Source: a bacterium (GTDB lineage: Bacteria; Muiribacteriota; UBA6191). Taken from it: 11,805 bases of DNA. This document shows positions 1 through 8,510 of the stretch, piece after piece; the first letter of the stretch is position 1, and the number at the start of each line of letters is the position of its first letter. Under the pieces are notes generated by a model. It worked only from the letters and a program-made list of their open reading frames with translations, did not search any database and was not told the origin of the DNA. The position numbers and the translations under genes are program-made. The DNA lies in NCBI GenBank assembly GCA_036339875.1, contig JAYZAC010000006.1, forward strand, positions 1 through 11,805, read 5' to 3'.

Positions 1-2
1 AT

Positions 3-3000
3 CTAAATGATAAGCAGATCAGACAGATTCTCCGTAAAGAGCCCGTGGCAGAGTGGAGTCAATCTTTAGAACCAACCGCAGATTATAAGCCTCGAGATCA
101 GATCATCAAATTGCCAAAATTAGAGCGTGGTTTCTATCGCATTGTGGTATCGGGTTTGCCTCAGTTTAATTCTCGTCAAAATAATAAAGTGGTTCAGGCT
201 CCTTTTTGGGTTTCAGATAACGTATTACTCATTCGCAGTCGCGGAACTGTAATCGAAGGTTTGGTAGTCGATGCACGAGATGGGAGCCCTGTTTCCGAGG
301 CTCAAATAAAAGTTTATAAGAGGGGAAATGAGGGCCGCTATGAGGAGTTCACTAATCTAAAAACTAATCAATCAGGTCAATTCAGTCACTCTAAAAAAGG
401 TCATCGGGGCTACGGCTCATTTACATACTATGTGAAAAGTCTTAAAACCGGCGAAATTTTATGGAATCAAAATATGAGTTTTTCTCATATAGGAAAGCGA
501 CGATCAAAATCTAGCGTGAAATTTTTCACCGATCGTTCAATTTATCGTCCAGGACAAACTATTAAATTCAAGGGCATTGCTTACAGCTCCGAGTATAGCA
601 TCAAGGATTATAACGTGCTTGCTGGGCGTAAGCTTACCGTATCTCTTCGTGATTCAAATTATCAAGAGATTTTGAAGCAGAGTTTTGTGACGAATGAATT
701 TGGCTCTTTCTCTGGTTTATTTACTTTGCCGTCTAATGTTTTAACTGGTCGTATGACTTTACAAGCTAGTAATCCTAATGGACGAACTACTGTGCGAGTA
801 GAGCAGTATAAGCGGCCTAAGTTTGAGGTAACGATTGATAAACCACTAAAACAGTACCGACTTGATGATGAAGTCGAAATACTCGGGAAGGCAAAAACGT
901 ACAGTGGCATTAGTATCGCTAATGCAAAAGTAAAGTATCGAGTGGTTCGTCAAACTAGGATGCCTTGGTGGTGGCGATGGGGTAATCCATTTGAGACGAG
1001 TCGTGAAATTAGTTTTGGAGAGTTACAGACAGATGAAGAGGGGGCTTTTCAGCTAAAATTTGTGGCAGTGCCTGATCGAAAAATCGATTCGACTATACGA
1101 CCTTCATTTGAATATCAGGTTACTGTAGATGTTATTGACCAAACAGGCGAGACTCGCAGTGCAACTCAATCGATTCGTTTGGGGTATACCGCCATTGATG
1201 CACGTATTGGAGTTGATAGATGGCTGCAGGCTAGCGAATCATTTAATTTAAATCTTAGTACGAAAAATCTTGATGGAAAACCTGTTGATAGTAAAGGTAA
1301 ATTAACAATTTATGCTCTTCAACAACCTCAGAAACCAGTTCGAAAGCCTTCTAAACAGAGATCTTTTTGGTGGTATAAAGACTCGAAATCTTCAAAATCA
1401 GATATGTCTGATCATCGTAATTGGAATAATGGTCCAAAACTCAATGAATTTAATATTTTTACCGCAGGCGGTTCGCAAGATTTAGCAGTTAAATTGAAGG
1501 CTGGTGCATATAGAGCAGTATTTAAAACCTCTGATAAGTTTGATAATGAAGTTGAGTCTAAGCTGGAGTTCATAGTTTTTGACTCGCAGTCCGATCTGTT
1601 CGAAACCAAAGTTCCCAGTTTTTTTAAGGTTCGCAACACAAGCCTAAATGTGGGTGAAAACCTAGAGGCTATCTGGGCTAGCGGCTATAGAAATGCGAAA
1701 GCTTTTGTGAGTATTAGTCAGGAACATAACATCCTAACCCAATATTGGACTGATTCGACCGCAGGAATTCATTTTATTGAATTTCCGATCATTGATTTGC
1801 ACAAAGGAGGTTTGAATCTTCAGATCTATTTTGTACAGGAGAATCAAGTCTATGAATATAATCAGAGAATTCATGTTGCTTATCCTGAAAAAGATCTAAA
1901 AATCAGTTGGGAGAGCTTTCGTAGTACCCTCAGACCTGGTCAAAAAGAGCTTTGGACCCTTAAAATCAAAGGTGTCCAAGCTGAAAACTTCGCAGCCGAG
2001 ATGGTAGCAACTCTCTATGATGCTTCCCTTGATAGCTTTGTACCTCATGCTTTTTCGGACTTCACCAATACTTTTTGGAAAGCCGGTTCCACATCAAAAT
2101 TTCGTATAAATCTTTATCTAAAAAAACTGCAGACTTGGTTCAATAACTATCATCGTCGTTCTCGAGGAATCAATCGAAGCTATCCACAGTTTCCTTGGCA
2201 GATTCAGCGAGGTTTTCGCCATCTTTTTCCTGAACGTGTTCATCGAGGAATGATGATGAGCAAGTTTGGTGGCGCCATGCAAATGTCTTCTATGGATGGA
2301 GCTGTTCCCGATGCAGGAATGTCCAGAAGAAAACTATTTAAAGGGAGTCAGAGTCGCAGTAAAGTGATGCGTAAATCAGTCAATGTAGCGACTTCATTGG
2401 CTGTCGAGAAGGAAGTTGCTGATCCAAGTAACGCGGACAACAAAACTGAATTTAAGGCACGAACGAATTTGGCTGAGACAGCTTTCTTTTTTCCACAATT
2501 GAGAAGTGACGAACAAGGAGTTGTCCGTTTAGAGTTTGAAATGCCTGAGGCTTTAACCCGTTGGAAGTTTTTGTCTATGGCTCATGGAGCACAATTAGAA
2601 TCTGGTCTTTTCAGCGATAGTGTTGTAACTCAGAAAGAATTGATGATTCAACCTAATGCTCCTCGATTTTTGAGACAATCTGATGAATTAGTTTTCACGG
2701 CGAAGGTAAGCAGTTTAGCTAATCAATCGATTCGAGGTAAATCTACACTGCGTTTATACAATGCATTGACTGATGAGGAAATTACTGGAGATTTGATAAA
2801 GGGTAATCAAGATCTTGATTTCGCTCTGGAGAAAGGTAAGTCTACAACTTCGAAGTGGCGTTTGAAAATTCCGGAAATTAATTTTCCGGTACGCTATCAA
2901 GTTAAGGCTAATTCTACTGACTTCACCGATGGTGAAGAAGGTGTTTTACCGGTATTATCCAATCGTGTTCTAGTTCGCGAAAATAAGGCATTGTGGGTGC

Positions 3001-4751
3001 GGGGGAATGAATCTAGAGAGTTTGCGTTTGAGAAGTTAATTAACTCAGACAAGAGCGATAGTCTCAAGCATGAGAAATTGGTTTTACAGATGACTAGTAA
3101 CCCTAGTTGGTATGCAGTAATGGCTTTGCCATATCTGTCTGAGTATCCATATGAATGTAGTGAACAGCTTTTCAATAGACTATATGCAAACCAATTAGGT
3201 TTAAAGATAATTAGAGATAATCCAAGAATTGAAAGAATTTTTGAACAATGGCGAGGTACTGATAGTCTTAAGTCGCCACTCCAGAAAAATCAGGATTTGA
3301 AGTCCGTATTATTGACCCAGACTCCTTGGGTACTAGAGGCTCAAAATGAAGAAAAAGCACGACAGAATATTGGGCTTTTCTTTGATCGTAATCATTTACA
3401 AAATCATTTGAAAAATGCATTTGAAAATCTAGCTGAAAGACAGCTGCAAAATGGAGCTTTCTCTTGGTTTTCAGGTGGTCGAGCCAATGAGTTTATTACT
3501 CTTTACATAGTGACTGGCTTTGGAAGATTAAGGAATTTAGGTGTTGATATTGACGTGAGTCTGGCAACTAAAGCATTGGCATATTTAGATCAGCAAATGA
3601 ACGATCGTTACCTAAGAATTCTTGAAAAAGGAAGAACTGGTCATAATCATTTAAGTTCTAGTGTAGCTCTCTATCTTTATGGGCGTTCTTTTTTTCAAAA
3701 AGAAGCGGAGATTGCTTATCCGTCAGCTCTTGATTTTTGGATGAGTCAGGCAGCCAAATATTGGACAAAATTGAATAGCCGCATGAGTGAGGCACATATT
3801 GCACTGGGCATGTACAGATTGGGCGATCAAAGGGTTACAGATAAAATTTTGAAAAGTTTACGTGAAAGAGCTTTGCATAGTGAAGAAATGGGTATGTACT
3901 GGGGCGATGAGGAGTTTTCCTACTGGTGGTATCGAGCTCCTATCGAGACTCAGGCTATGATGATCGAACTCTTTTCCGAGTTTGCTGAAAATAACAAGGA
4001 AGTTGACGATCTTAAGGTTTGGTTGATAAAGCAAAAACAAACTCAGGACTGGAAAACAACCAAGGCTACTTCAGATGCTGTTTATTCATTACTTTTGCAA
4101 GGCAGTAATTGGCTGTCGAGTACTAAATTAGTTGATGTTCATCTTGGTGGAAAGCTTATACAAGCTGAAAAAATTGAGGCGGGTACAGGTTTTTTTGAAA
4201 AGCGTTTTAATCCCAGTGAGATTGTTGGAGATCTAGGTAAAATTAAAGTTACGAAAAAAGATGAAGGAGTGGCTTGGGGTGGCTTATTTTGGCAATATTT
4301 TGAAGATATCGACAAAATTACCCATCATGGCGGTTCTTTAAATCTTGATAAGAAGTTGTTTATACGTAGAAATACGAAATCGGGTCCAGTCATTGAGCCG
4401 TATGAAAATAAGCAATTAAAGCTAGGAGATACATTAGTAGTAAGAATCGTTTTGCGTGCCGATCGAGATTTTGAATATGTACATCTCAAAGACATGCGTG
4501 GAGCAGGGACTGAACCGGTAAATGTACTTTCTCGCTATAAATACCAAGATGGTTTGGCCTATTACGAATCCACCAAAGATACAGCAACTCATTTTTTTAT
4601 TGATTACCTCCCTAAAGGTACTTATGTATTTGAGTATGACTTGAAGATTTTTCATAGTGGAGAATACCAAAGTGGTATGGCTGAGATTGAATGTATGTAT
4701 GCTCCAGAGTTCAATGCACACTCAAGAAGTTATGCTTTAGAAGTTAAGTAA
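3..4751 (+). CDS. Bacterial alpha-2-macroglobulin family protein (MG domains, bait region, thioester domain), 5'-partial
   Basis: The frame is open from position 3 (LNDKQIRQILRKEPVAEW...), so the GTG at 45 is probably internal and the true start lies upstream of the window. Motifs: MG2 'FFTDRSIYRPGQTIKFKG', 'TNEFGSFSG', 'VEQYKRPKFEV'; post-bait 'RTNLAETAFFFP...PEALTRW'; thioester 'YPYECSEQ' (CSEQ at 3156-3167); 'QLQNGAFSWF'; C-terminal 'CMYAPEF'. Stop TAA at 4749-4751. Confidence 0.93.
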   Translation, partial: LNDKQIRQILRKEPVAEWSQSLEPTADYKPRDQIIKLPKLERGFYRIVVSGLPQFNSRQNNKVVQAPFWVSDNVLLIRSRGTVIEGLVVDARDGSPVSEAQIKVYKRGNEGRYEEFTNLKTNQSGQFSHSKKGHRGYGSFTYYVKSLKTGEILWNQNMSFSHIGKRRSKSSVKFFTDRSIYRPGQTIKFKGIAYSSEYSIKDYNVLAGRKLTVSLRDSNYQEILKQSFVTNEFGSFSGLFTLPSNVLTGRMTLQASNPNGRTTVRVEQYKRPKFEVTIDKPLKQYRLDDEVEILGKAKTYSGISIANAKVKYRVVRQTRMPWWWRWGNPFETSREISFGELQTDEEGAFQLKFVAVPDRKIDSTIRPSFEYQVTVDVIDQTGETRSATQSIRLGYTAIDARIGVDRWLQASESFNLNLSTKNLDGKPVDSKGKLTIYALQQPQKPVRKPSKQRSFWWYKDSKSSKSDMSDHRNWNNGPKLNEFNIFTAGGSQDLAVKLKAGAYRAVFKTSDKFDNEVESKLEFIVFDSQSDLFETKVPSFFKVRNTSLNVGENLEAIWASGYRNAKAFVSISQEHNILTQYWTDSTAGIHFIEFPIIDLHKGGLNLQIYFVQENQVYEYNQRIHVAYPEKDLKISWESFRSTLRPGQKELWTLKIKGVQAENFAAEMVATLYDASLDSFVPHAFSDFTNTFWKAGSTSKFRINLYLKKLQTWFNNYHRRSRGINRSYPQFPWQIQRGFRHLFPERVHRGMMMSKFGGAMQMSSMDGAVPDAGMSRRKLFKGSQSRSKVMRKSVNVATSLAVEKEVADPSNADNKTEFKARTNLAETAFFFPQLRSDEQGVVRLEFEMPEALTRWKFLSMAHGAQLESGLFSDSVVTQKELMIQPNAPRFLRQSDELVFTAKVSSLANQSIRGKSTLRLYNALTDEEITGDLIKGNQDLDFALEKGKSTTSKWRLKIPEINFPVRYQVKANSTDFTDGEEGVLPVLSNRVLVRENKALWVRGNESREFAFEKLINSDKSDSLKHEKLVLQMTSNPSWYAVMALPYLSEYPYECSEQLFNRLYANQLGLKIIRDNPRIERIFEQWRGTDSLKSPLQKNQDLKSVLLTQTPWVLEAQNEEKARQNIGLFFDRNHLQNHLKNAFENLAERQLQNGAFSWFSGGRANEFITLYIVTGFGRLRNLGVDIDVSLATKALAYLDQQMNDRYLRILEKGRTGHNHLSSSVALYLYGRSFFQKEAEIAYPSALDFWMSQAAKYWTKLNSRMSEAHIALGMYRLGDQRVTDKILKSLRERALHSEEMGMYWGDEEFSYWWYRAPIETQAMMIELFSEFAENNKEVDDLKVWLIKQKQTQDWKTTKATSDAVYSLLLQGSNWLSSTKLVDVHLGGKLIQAEKIEAGTGFFEKRFNPSEIVGDLGKIKVTKKDEGVAWGGLFWQYFEDIDKITHHGGSLNLDKKLFIRRNTKSGPVIEPYENKQLKLGDTLVVRIVLRADRDFEYVHLKDMRGAGTEPVNVLSRYKYQDGLAYYESTKDTATHFFIDYLPKGTYVFEYDLKIFHSGEYQSGMAEIECMYAPEFNAHSRSYALEVK

Positions 4752-4784
4752 TTACTCATGCTGATAAAGTCCTATGCCATTCCA

Positions 4785-4813
4785 TTGAAATCTTCTTAAT
4801 GGTGATTTACAAT
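4785..4813 (+). promoter_or_regulatory. Putative sigma70-type promoter upstream of the ABC ATPase gene
   Basis: TTGAAA (4785-4790), a 17-bp spacer and TACAAT (4808-4813). Each hexamer is 5/6 to the TTGACA/TATAAT consensus with optimal spacing, in the intergenic gap. Confidence 0.6.
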
Positions 4814-4845
4814 GCATTTTCAAACTGTTGCGAGCGGGAGAATTT

Positions 4846-5970
4846 ATGGCTGTAGTAACACTGGATAACATTACCAAGATTTACCCGGGAAATGAAGAAT
4901 ACACTGTTAAAGAAACTAGTTTGACAATCAATGATGAAGAGTTTGTCGTACTGGTCGGTCCTTCAGGATGCGGTAAATCAACCATGTTACGCATGGTAGC
5001 AGGTCTAGAAGATATCTCTGGTGGTACAATTGTTATCGACGGACGCGTAGTTAATGATGTCCAACCCAAAGATCGTGACATTTCAATGGTTTTTCAAAAC
5101 TACGCTCTTTACCCTCACATGACTGTCAGAGAAAATATTTCATTTTCGTTGAAGCTCAAACGAGTACCAGAGGATCAAATAAACGATAAAGTTCAAAAGA
5201 CCGCTGAAATTTTAGGTTTACAGGAGTTACTTGAGCGAAAACCAAAGGCTATGTCAGGTGGTCAAAGACAGAGAGTAGCTTTAGGTCGAGCAATTATTCG
5301 TGACCCCAAAGTTCTGCTGATGGATGAACCGTTATCGAATTTGGATGCTAAATTACGGGGACAGATGCGAGCTGAGATTTTGAAATTACATAAGACGGTT
5401 CGGAACACCATAATTTACGTAACTCATGATCAGGTTGAGGCTATGACAATGGGCGATCGTATCGTTGTCTTAGACAGTGGTTACGTCCAGCAAGCAGATA
5501 CTCCGTATCAAGTGTATAACTTTCCAGCTAATAAGTTCGTAGCTGGATTTATGGGGTCTCCTCCTATGAATTTTCTCACTGCGAATGTGTTTGACGAGAA
5601 TGGCCAGTTTTATCTTCAGGGGCAGGGTGTCGAACCTTATAAATTACCTATTATCGAAGAAAAAATAACTGATGAAATTAAAGCTTTAGCTGGTAAAGAA
5701 GTTGTCTTAGGAATTCGTCCTGAAGATGTTTATGACGAGACAAATCTGAAAGCTCAAAACTTTAAGGACTGTATCATCAAATCGGAAGTGGATATCGTCG
5801 AACCTTTGGGCGCGGAGTTGTATGTGCATACCAAAGTGGGCTCTGAGAATATGATTGGTCGTATAGAGCCGGATGTGAATGTTGGTACAGGTATGCAGTT
5901 TAGCGCCTTTGTAGATCCATCACGTCTTCATATTTTCGATATCAAAACGGAAAAACGTATCAGCAAGTGA
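4846..5970 (+). CDS. Carbohydrate/sn-glycerol-3-phosphate ABC transporter ATP-binding protein (MalK/UgpC/MsiK-MsmX family)
   Basis: Walker A GPSGCGKS, Q-loop MVFQNYALYPHM, signature MSGGQRQR, Walker B LLMDEP, H-loop YVTHDQ, FVAGFMGSPPMN, and a C-terminal OB/TOBE region (GIRPED, VEPLG). ATG at 4846 is preferred over TTG at 4828 because SD-like GGGAG (4836-4840) sits 5 nt upstream of it. Confidence 0.93.
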   Translation: MAVVTLDNITKIYPGNEEYTVKETSLTINDEEFVVLVGPSGCGKSTMLRMVAGLEDISGGTIVIDGRVVNDVQPKDRDISMVFQNYALYPHMTVRENISFSLKLKRVPEDQINDKVQKTAEILGLQELLERKPKAMSGGQRQRVALGRAIIRDPKVLLMDEPLSNLDAKLRGQMRAEILKLHKTVRNTIIYVTHDQVEAMTMGDRIVVLDSGYVQQADTPYQVYNFPANKFVAGFMGSPPMNFLTANVFDENGQFYLQGQGVEPYKLPIIEEKITDEIKALAGKEVVLGIRPEDVYDETNLKAQNFKDCIIKSEVDIVEPLGAELYVHTKVGSENMIGRIEPDVNVGTGMQFSAFVDPSRLHIFDIKTEKRISK

Positions 5971-6035
5971 CCACAGATTCTGTAATTCTTTTTTGCTAAT
6001 AATCTAGTTTTATAAAATCTTTTCAAGGGATTCAT

Positions 6036-7361
6036 ATGCGAAGCTCATTGTTATTCTTTGTCGTGTTAACGACCAATACACTCTTTGCTCAAAAACCTTA
6101 TCAGAATCTTCAAGAGCAAATTCAGGTACTTGAAGCTCAGTTAAAGAGCTTGAAGACTGAGGTTGAACGTCAAAAGATCGCATCACAAAAGCTTGCTCAA
6201 ATAGATCTTAAACCGGGTTTGAAGGTTACATCATCCGATAAAAAGCATAATTTTTCTGTGGGTGGTCGCGTTATGTTTGATGTTCATAATATTAGTCCCG
6301 ACACTTTATTGAGCGAAACATTAGGCCTTTCTGGCAAGGACGGTGTTCAATTCCGAAGAACTCGAATGTTTATCAAGGGAACTCTCAATGAAAAACTTCA
6401 TTATCAATGGCAGTATGACTTTTCTAAGGCAGGTATTGGCCAGACTAAAGCAACTTATCTAAAGTATAAATCTAATGATCGGAGTTTTTGGGCGGGTAAC
6501 ATAAAAGAGCCCTTCGGTTTAGAAGAGGTAAATAGTTCTAAGCATGAAACTTTCATGGAGGAGTCCGCTGCTACCCTCGCATTTACACCTAATTATAATC
6601 CGGGATTTCTTTATCGGAAGGAGGATCCTGTAGATGATTTAGGTTGGGAGGTGGGTATTTTTCGAACTGATGAAGGTAGTTTCGGGAGAAGCCCTAATAC
6701 CACTGGAGTTAACTTAGGCGATTGGAATTACACAGGTAGACTAACTTATATTGCAAATTATGATGAACTGCAAGAGAAGGTTTTACACTTAGGTTTTGCA
6801 TATTCATATCGCAATTTAAATGGTGATCATATTCGCTATGATAGTAAAGTAGAGAATGTCTATCATAATGTAAGTCTTGTTGATACTGGTTTAATTGCTG
6901 CAGAATCGGTAAATCAATTTGGGTATGAAGTAGCTTGGGTAAATGGGCCTCTGAGTTTACAATCAGAGTTATTCGATATCAGAGTTGATACTTTGGGTCT
7001 TCAGGCAGATGCTGATTTTGGTGGTCATTATATAATGGCTAGTTATTTTTTAACTGGTGAAAGTCGTCCATACAACAGAATTTTTCGCTATTTTGGGCGT
7101 TTAAAGCCCAAGACAAACTATTTCTCTGGTGGTAGAGGGGCATGGGAGTTAACTGCTCGCTATTCTTCTGTTGAGCTAAATGATTTGAATGCGGGGATAC
7201 TTGGAGGCGAGGCAGATAGCACTACGTTGGGACTAAATTGGTACATGGACGACAGGACTCGACTTATGCTCAATTGGATTAATACAGAAGTGGTTTCAGG
7301 AGCAGGCATAAATCTTGGTGAAACAGATTCTATTTCCATGCGCTTTCAGGTAGATTTTTAG
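6036..7361 (+). CDS. OprO/OprP-family (phosphate-selective porin family) outer-membrane beta-barrel
   Basis: Signal peptide MRSSLLFFVVLTTNTLFA followed by a short coiled coil. Family motifs GGRVMFD, FRRTR, KEPFGLEE..SSK, VLHLG, SYFLTGESRPY, GAWELTARYS and TLGLNWY. C-terminal MRFQVDF ends in Phe (BAM signal). SD-like AAGGGA at 6025-6030. Confidence 0.88.
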   Translation: MRSSLLFFVVLTTNTLFAQKPYQNLQEQIQVLEAQLKSLKTEVERQKIASQKLAQIDLKPGLKVTSSDKKHNFSVGGRVMFDVHNISPDTLLSETLGLSGKDGVQFRRTRMFIKGTLNEKLHYQWQYDFSKAGIGQTKATYLKYKSNDRSFWAGNIKEPFGLEEVNSSKHETFMEESAATLAFTPNYNPGFLYRKEDPVDDLGWEVGIFRTDEGSFGRSPNTTGVNLGDWNYTGRLTYIANYDELQEKVLHLGFAYSYRNLNGDHIRYDSKVENVYHNVSLVDTGLIAAESVNQFGYEVAWVNGPLSLQSELFDIRVDTLGLQADADFGGHYIMASYFLTGESRPYNRIFRYFGRLKPKTNYFSGGRGAWELTARYSSVELNDLNAGILGGEADSTTLGLNWYMDDRTRLMLNWINTEVVSGAGINLGETDSISMRFQVDF

Positions 7362-7460
7362 CTGTGCCGGTATTTTTGATGCTTTAAAGGTCAATTGTGA
7401 ACATTAAATAAGCTTTTCAGTCTGTAATTGTCTTGAAAAAATCCTATTATTCAAGCATAT

Positions 7461-8510
7461 TTGAAACCTGTGCTTGAAGATAATGTCATAGAGAAAGATC
7501 GTCGCAAAACTGCCGATACACGAATTATATCGCCTCACAATCTAAGAGAAGATCTGGGGCAAGACCGCTTGCGGCCACTCAATTTTGACGAGTTCATAGG
7601 ACAAGATGATCTTAAAGAGAAGTTAAAAATTTTTATTAAAGCTGCTTTACAGCGTGATGAGGCTCTTGATCATGTTTTACTAGCGGGTCCACCTGGATTA
7701 GGCAAAACTACTTTTTCTAAGATCATTGCGAATGAATCTCAGACTAATTTTGTGATTACGTCTGGGCCTGCAATCGAACGTCAAGGAGATTTGGCAGCTA
7801 TTTTAACGAATCTTGCACCGCGAGATGTCTTATTCATTGATGAAATTCATCGGTTGAAGCTCCCCGTAGAGGAAGTTCTATATTCCGCTATGGAAGATTA
7901 TAAGCTTGATATTGTTGTAGGTAAGGGGCCCGAGGCGCGTACATTGAGAATCGATGTTCAACCATTTACGCTCGTAGGTGCAACAACTCGTGCTGGATTA
8001 CTTAGTGCGCCATTAAGAGACCGATTTGGGATTTTAGCAAACTTTGAATTTTATAATGAGAATGATTTATCAAATATCATTCAACGTTCCGCTCGAATTC
8101 TCGGGGTTTCAATAGAGGAGACGGCAGCATCAGAATTAGCAGGACGTAGCCGAGGAACACCTCGTATCACGAATAGATTGCTGCGGAGAGTCAGAGATGT
8201 TGCTCAAGTTCGAGGTGAAGGCACGATAGGCTCTAAAACTACTCATGACGCTTTAGCTATTCTCAATGTGAATGAACAAGGATTAGAGAAGCTAGATATG
8301 AAGATTTTAAGCGTTTTGGTGGAAACTTATGAAGGTGCTCCGGTTGGATTATCCACTCTTGCTATATCAGTGGGTGAAAACGAAGAGACAATTGCCGAAG
8401 TCTGTGAACCTTTTTTAATTCAATTGGGATTCGTAGAAAGGACTCCTCGAGGGCGACGAGTAACTAGTCATGGACGTCGCTATTTCAAGGATTGGAAGAG
8501 TAGACAGTGA
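7461..8510 (+). CDS. ruvB: Holliday junction branch migration DNA helicase RuvB
   Basis: LRP..FDEFIGQ, Walker [10 protein letters not shown], Walker [20 protein letters not shown], sensor I GATTRAG, Arg finger LRDRFG, sensor II SRGTPR, GAPVGL, EPFL and RTPRGR. The start is uncertain (TTG 7461 or GTG 7470; neither has a clear SD). Confidence 0.96.
   Translation: MKPVLEDNVIEKDRRKTADTRIISPHNLREDLGQDRLRPLNFDEFIGQDDLKEKLKIFIKAALQRDEALDHVLLAGPPGLGKTTFSKIIANESQTNFVITSGPAIERQGDLAAILTNLAPRDVLFIDEIHRLKLPVEEVLYSAMEDYKLDIVVGKGPEARTLRIDVQPFTLVGATTRAGLLSAPLRDRFGILANFEFYNENDLSNIIQRSARILGVSIEETAASELAGRSRGTPRITNRLLRRVRDVAQVRGEGTIGSKTTHDALAILNVNEQGLEKLDMKILSVLVETYEGAPVGLSTLAISVGENEETIAEVCEPFLIQLGFVERTPRGRRVTSHGRRYFKDWKSRQ

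Noticed and set aside
662..5081. Six short minus-strand ORFs (662-910, 1412-1639, 2897-3175, 3858-4040, 4434-4721, 4881-5081)
   Set aside because: All lie wholly antisense to well-supported long genes and have no recognisable motifs, so they are shadow ORFs.
5973..5994. ACAGA-T-TCTGT palindrome followed by a T-run after the ATPase, as an intrinsic terminator
   Set aside because: A 4-bp stem with a 3-nt loop is too weak, and the T-run is not directly adjacent to it.
4798..7411. CRP-like sites: GGTGA-N6-ATGCA at 4801-4816 and TGTGA at 7396-7400
   Set aside because: Only one half-site matches TGTGA-N6-TCACA in each case, which is not enough to claim cAMP-CRP control despite the nearby cyclase.
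5979..7429. 9-bp direct repeat TCTGTAATT flanking the porin (5979-5987 and 7421-7429) as a target-site duplication or Pho-box half site
   Set aside because: It is short and AT-rich, so plausible by chance. There is no transposase or terminal inverted repeat, and no second half-site at 11-bp spacing as a Pho box would need.
7362..7460. LexA/SOS box upstream of ruvB
   Set aside because: Neither CTGT-N8-ACAG nor GAAC-N4-GTTC is present. A lineage-specific box cannot be assessed.
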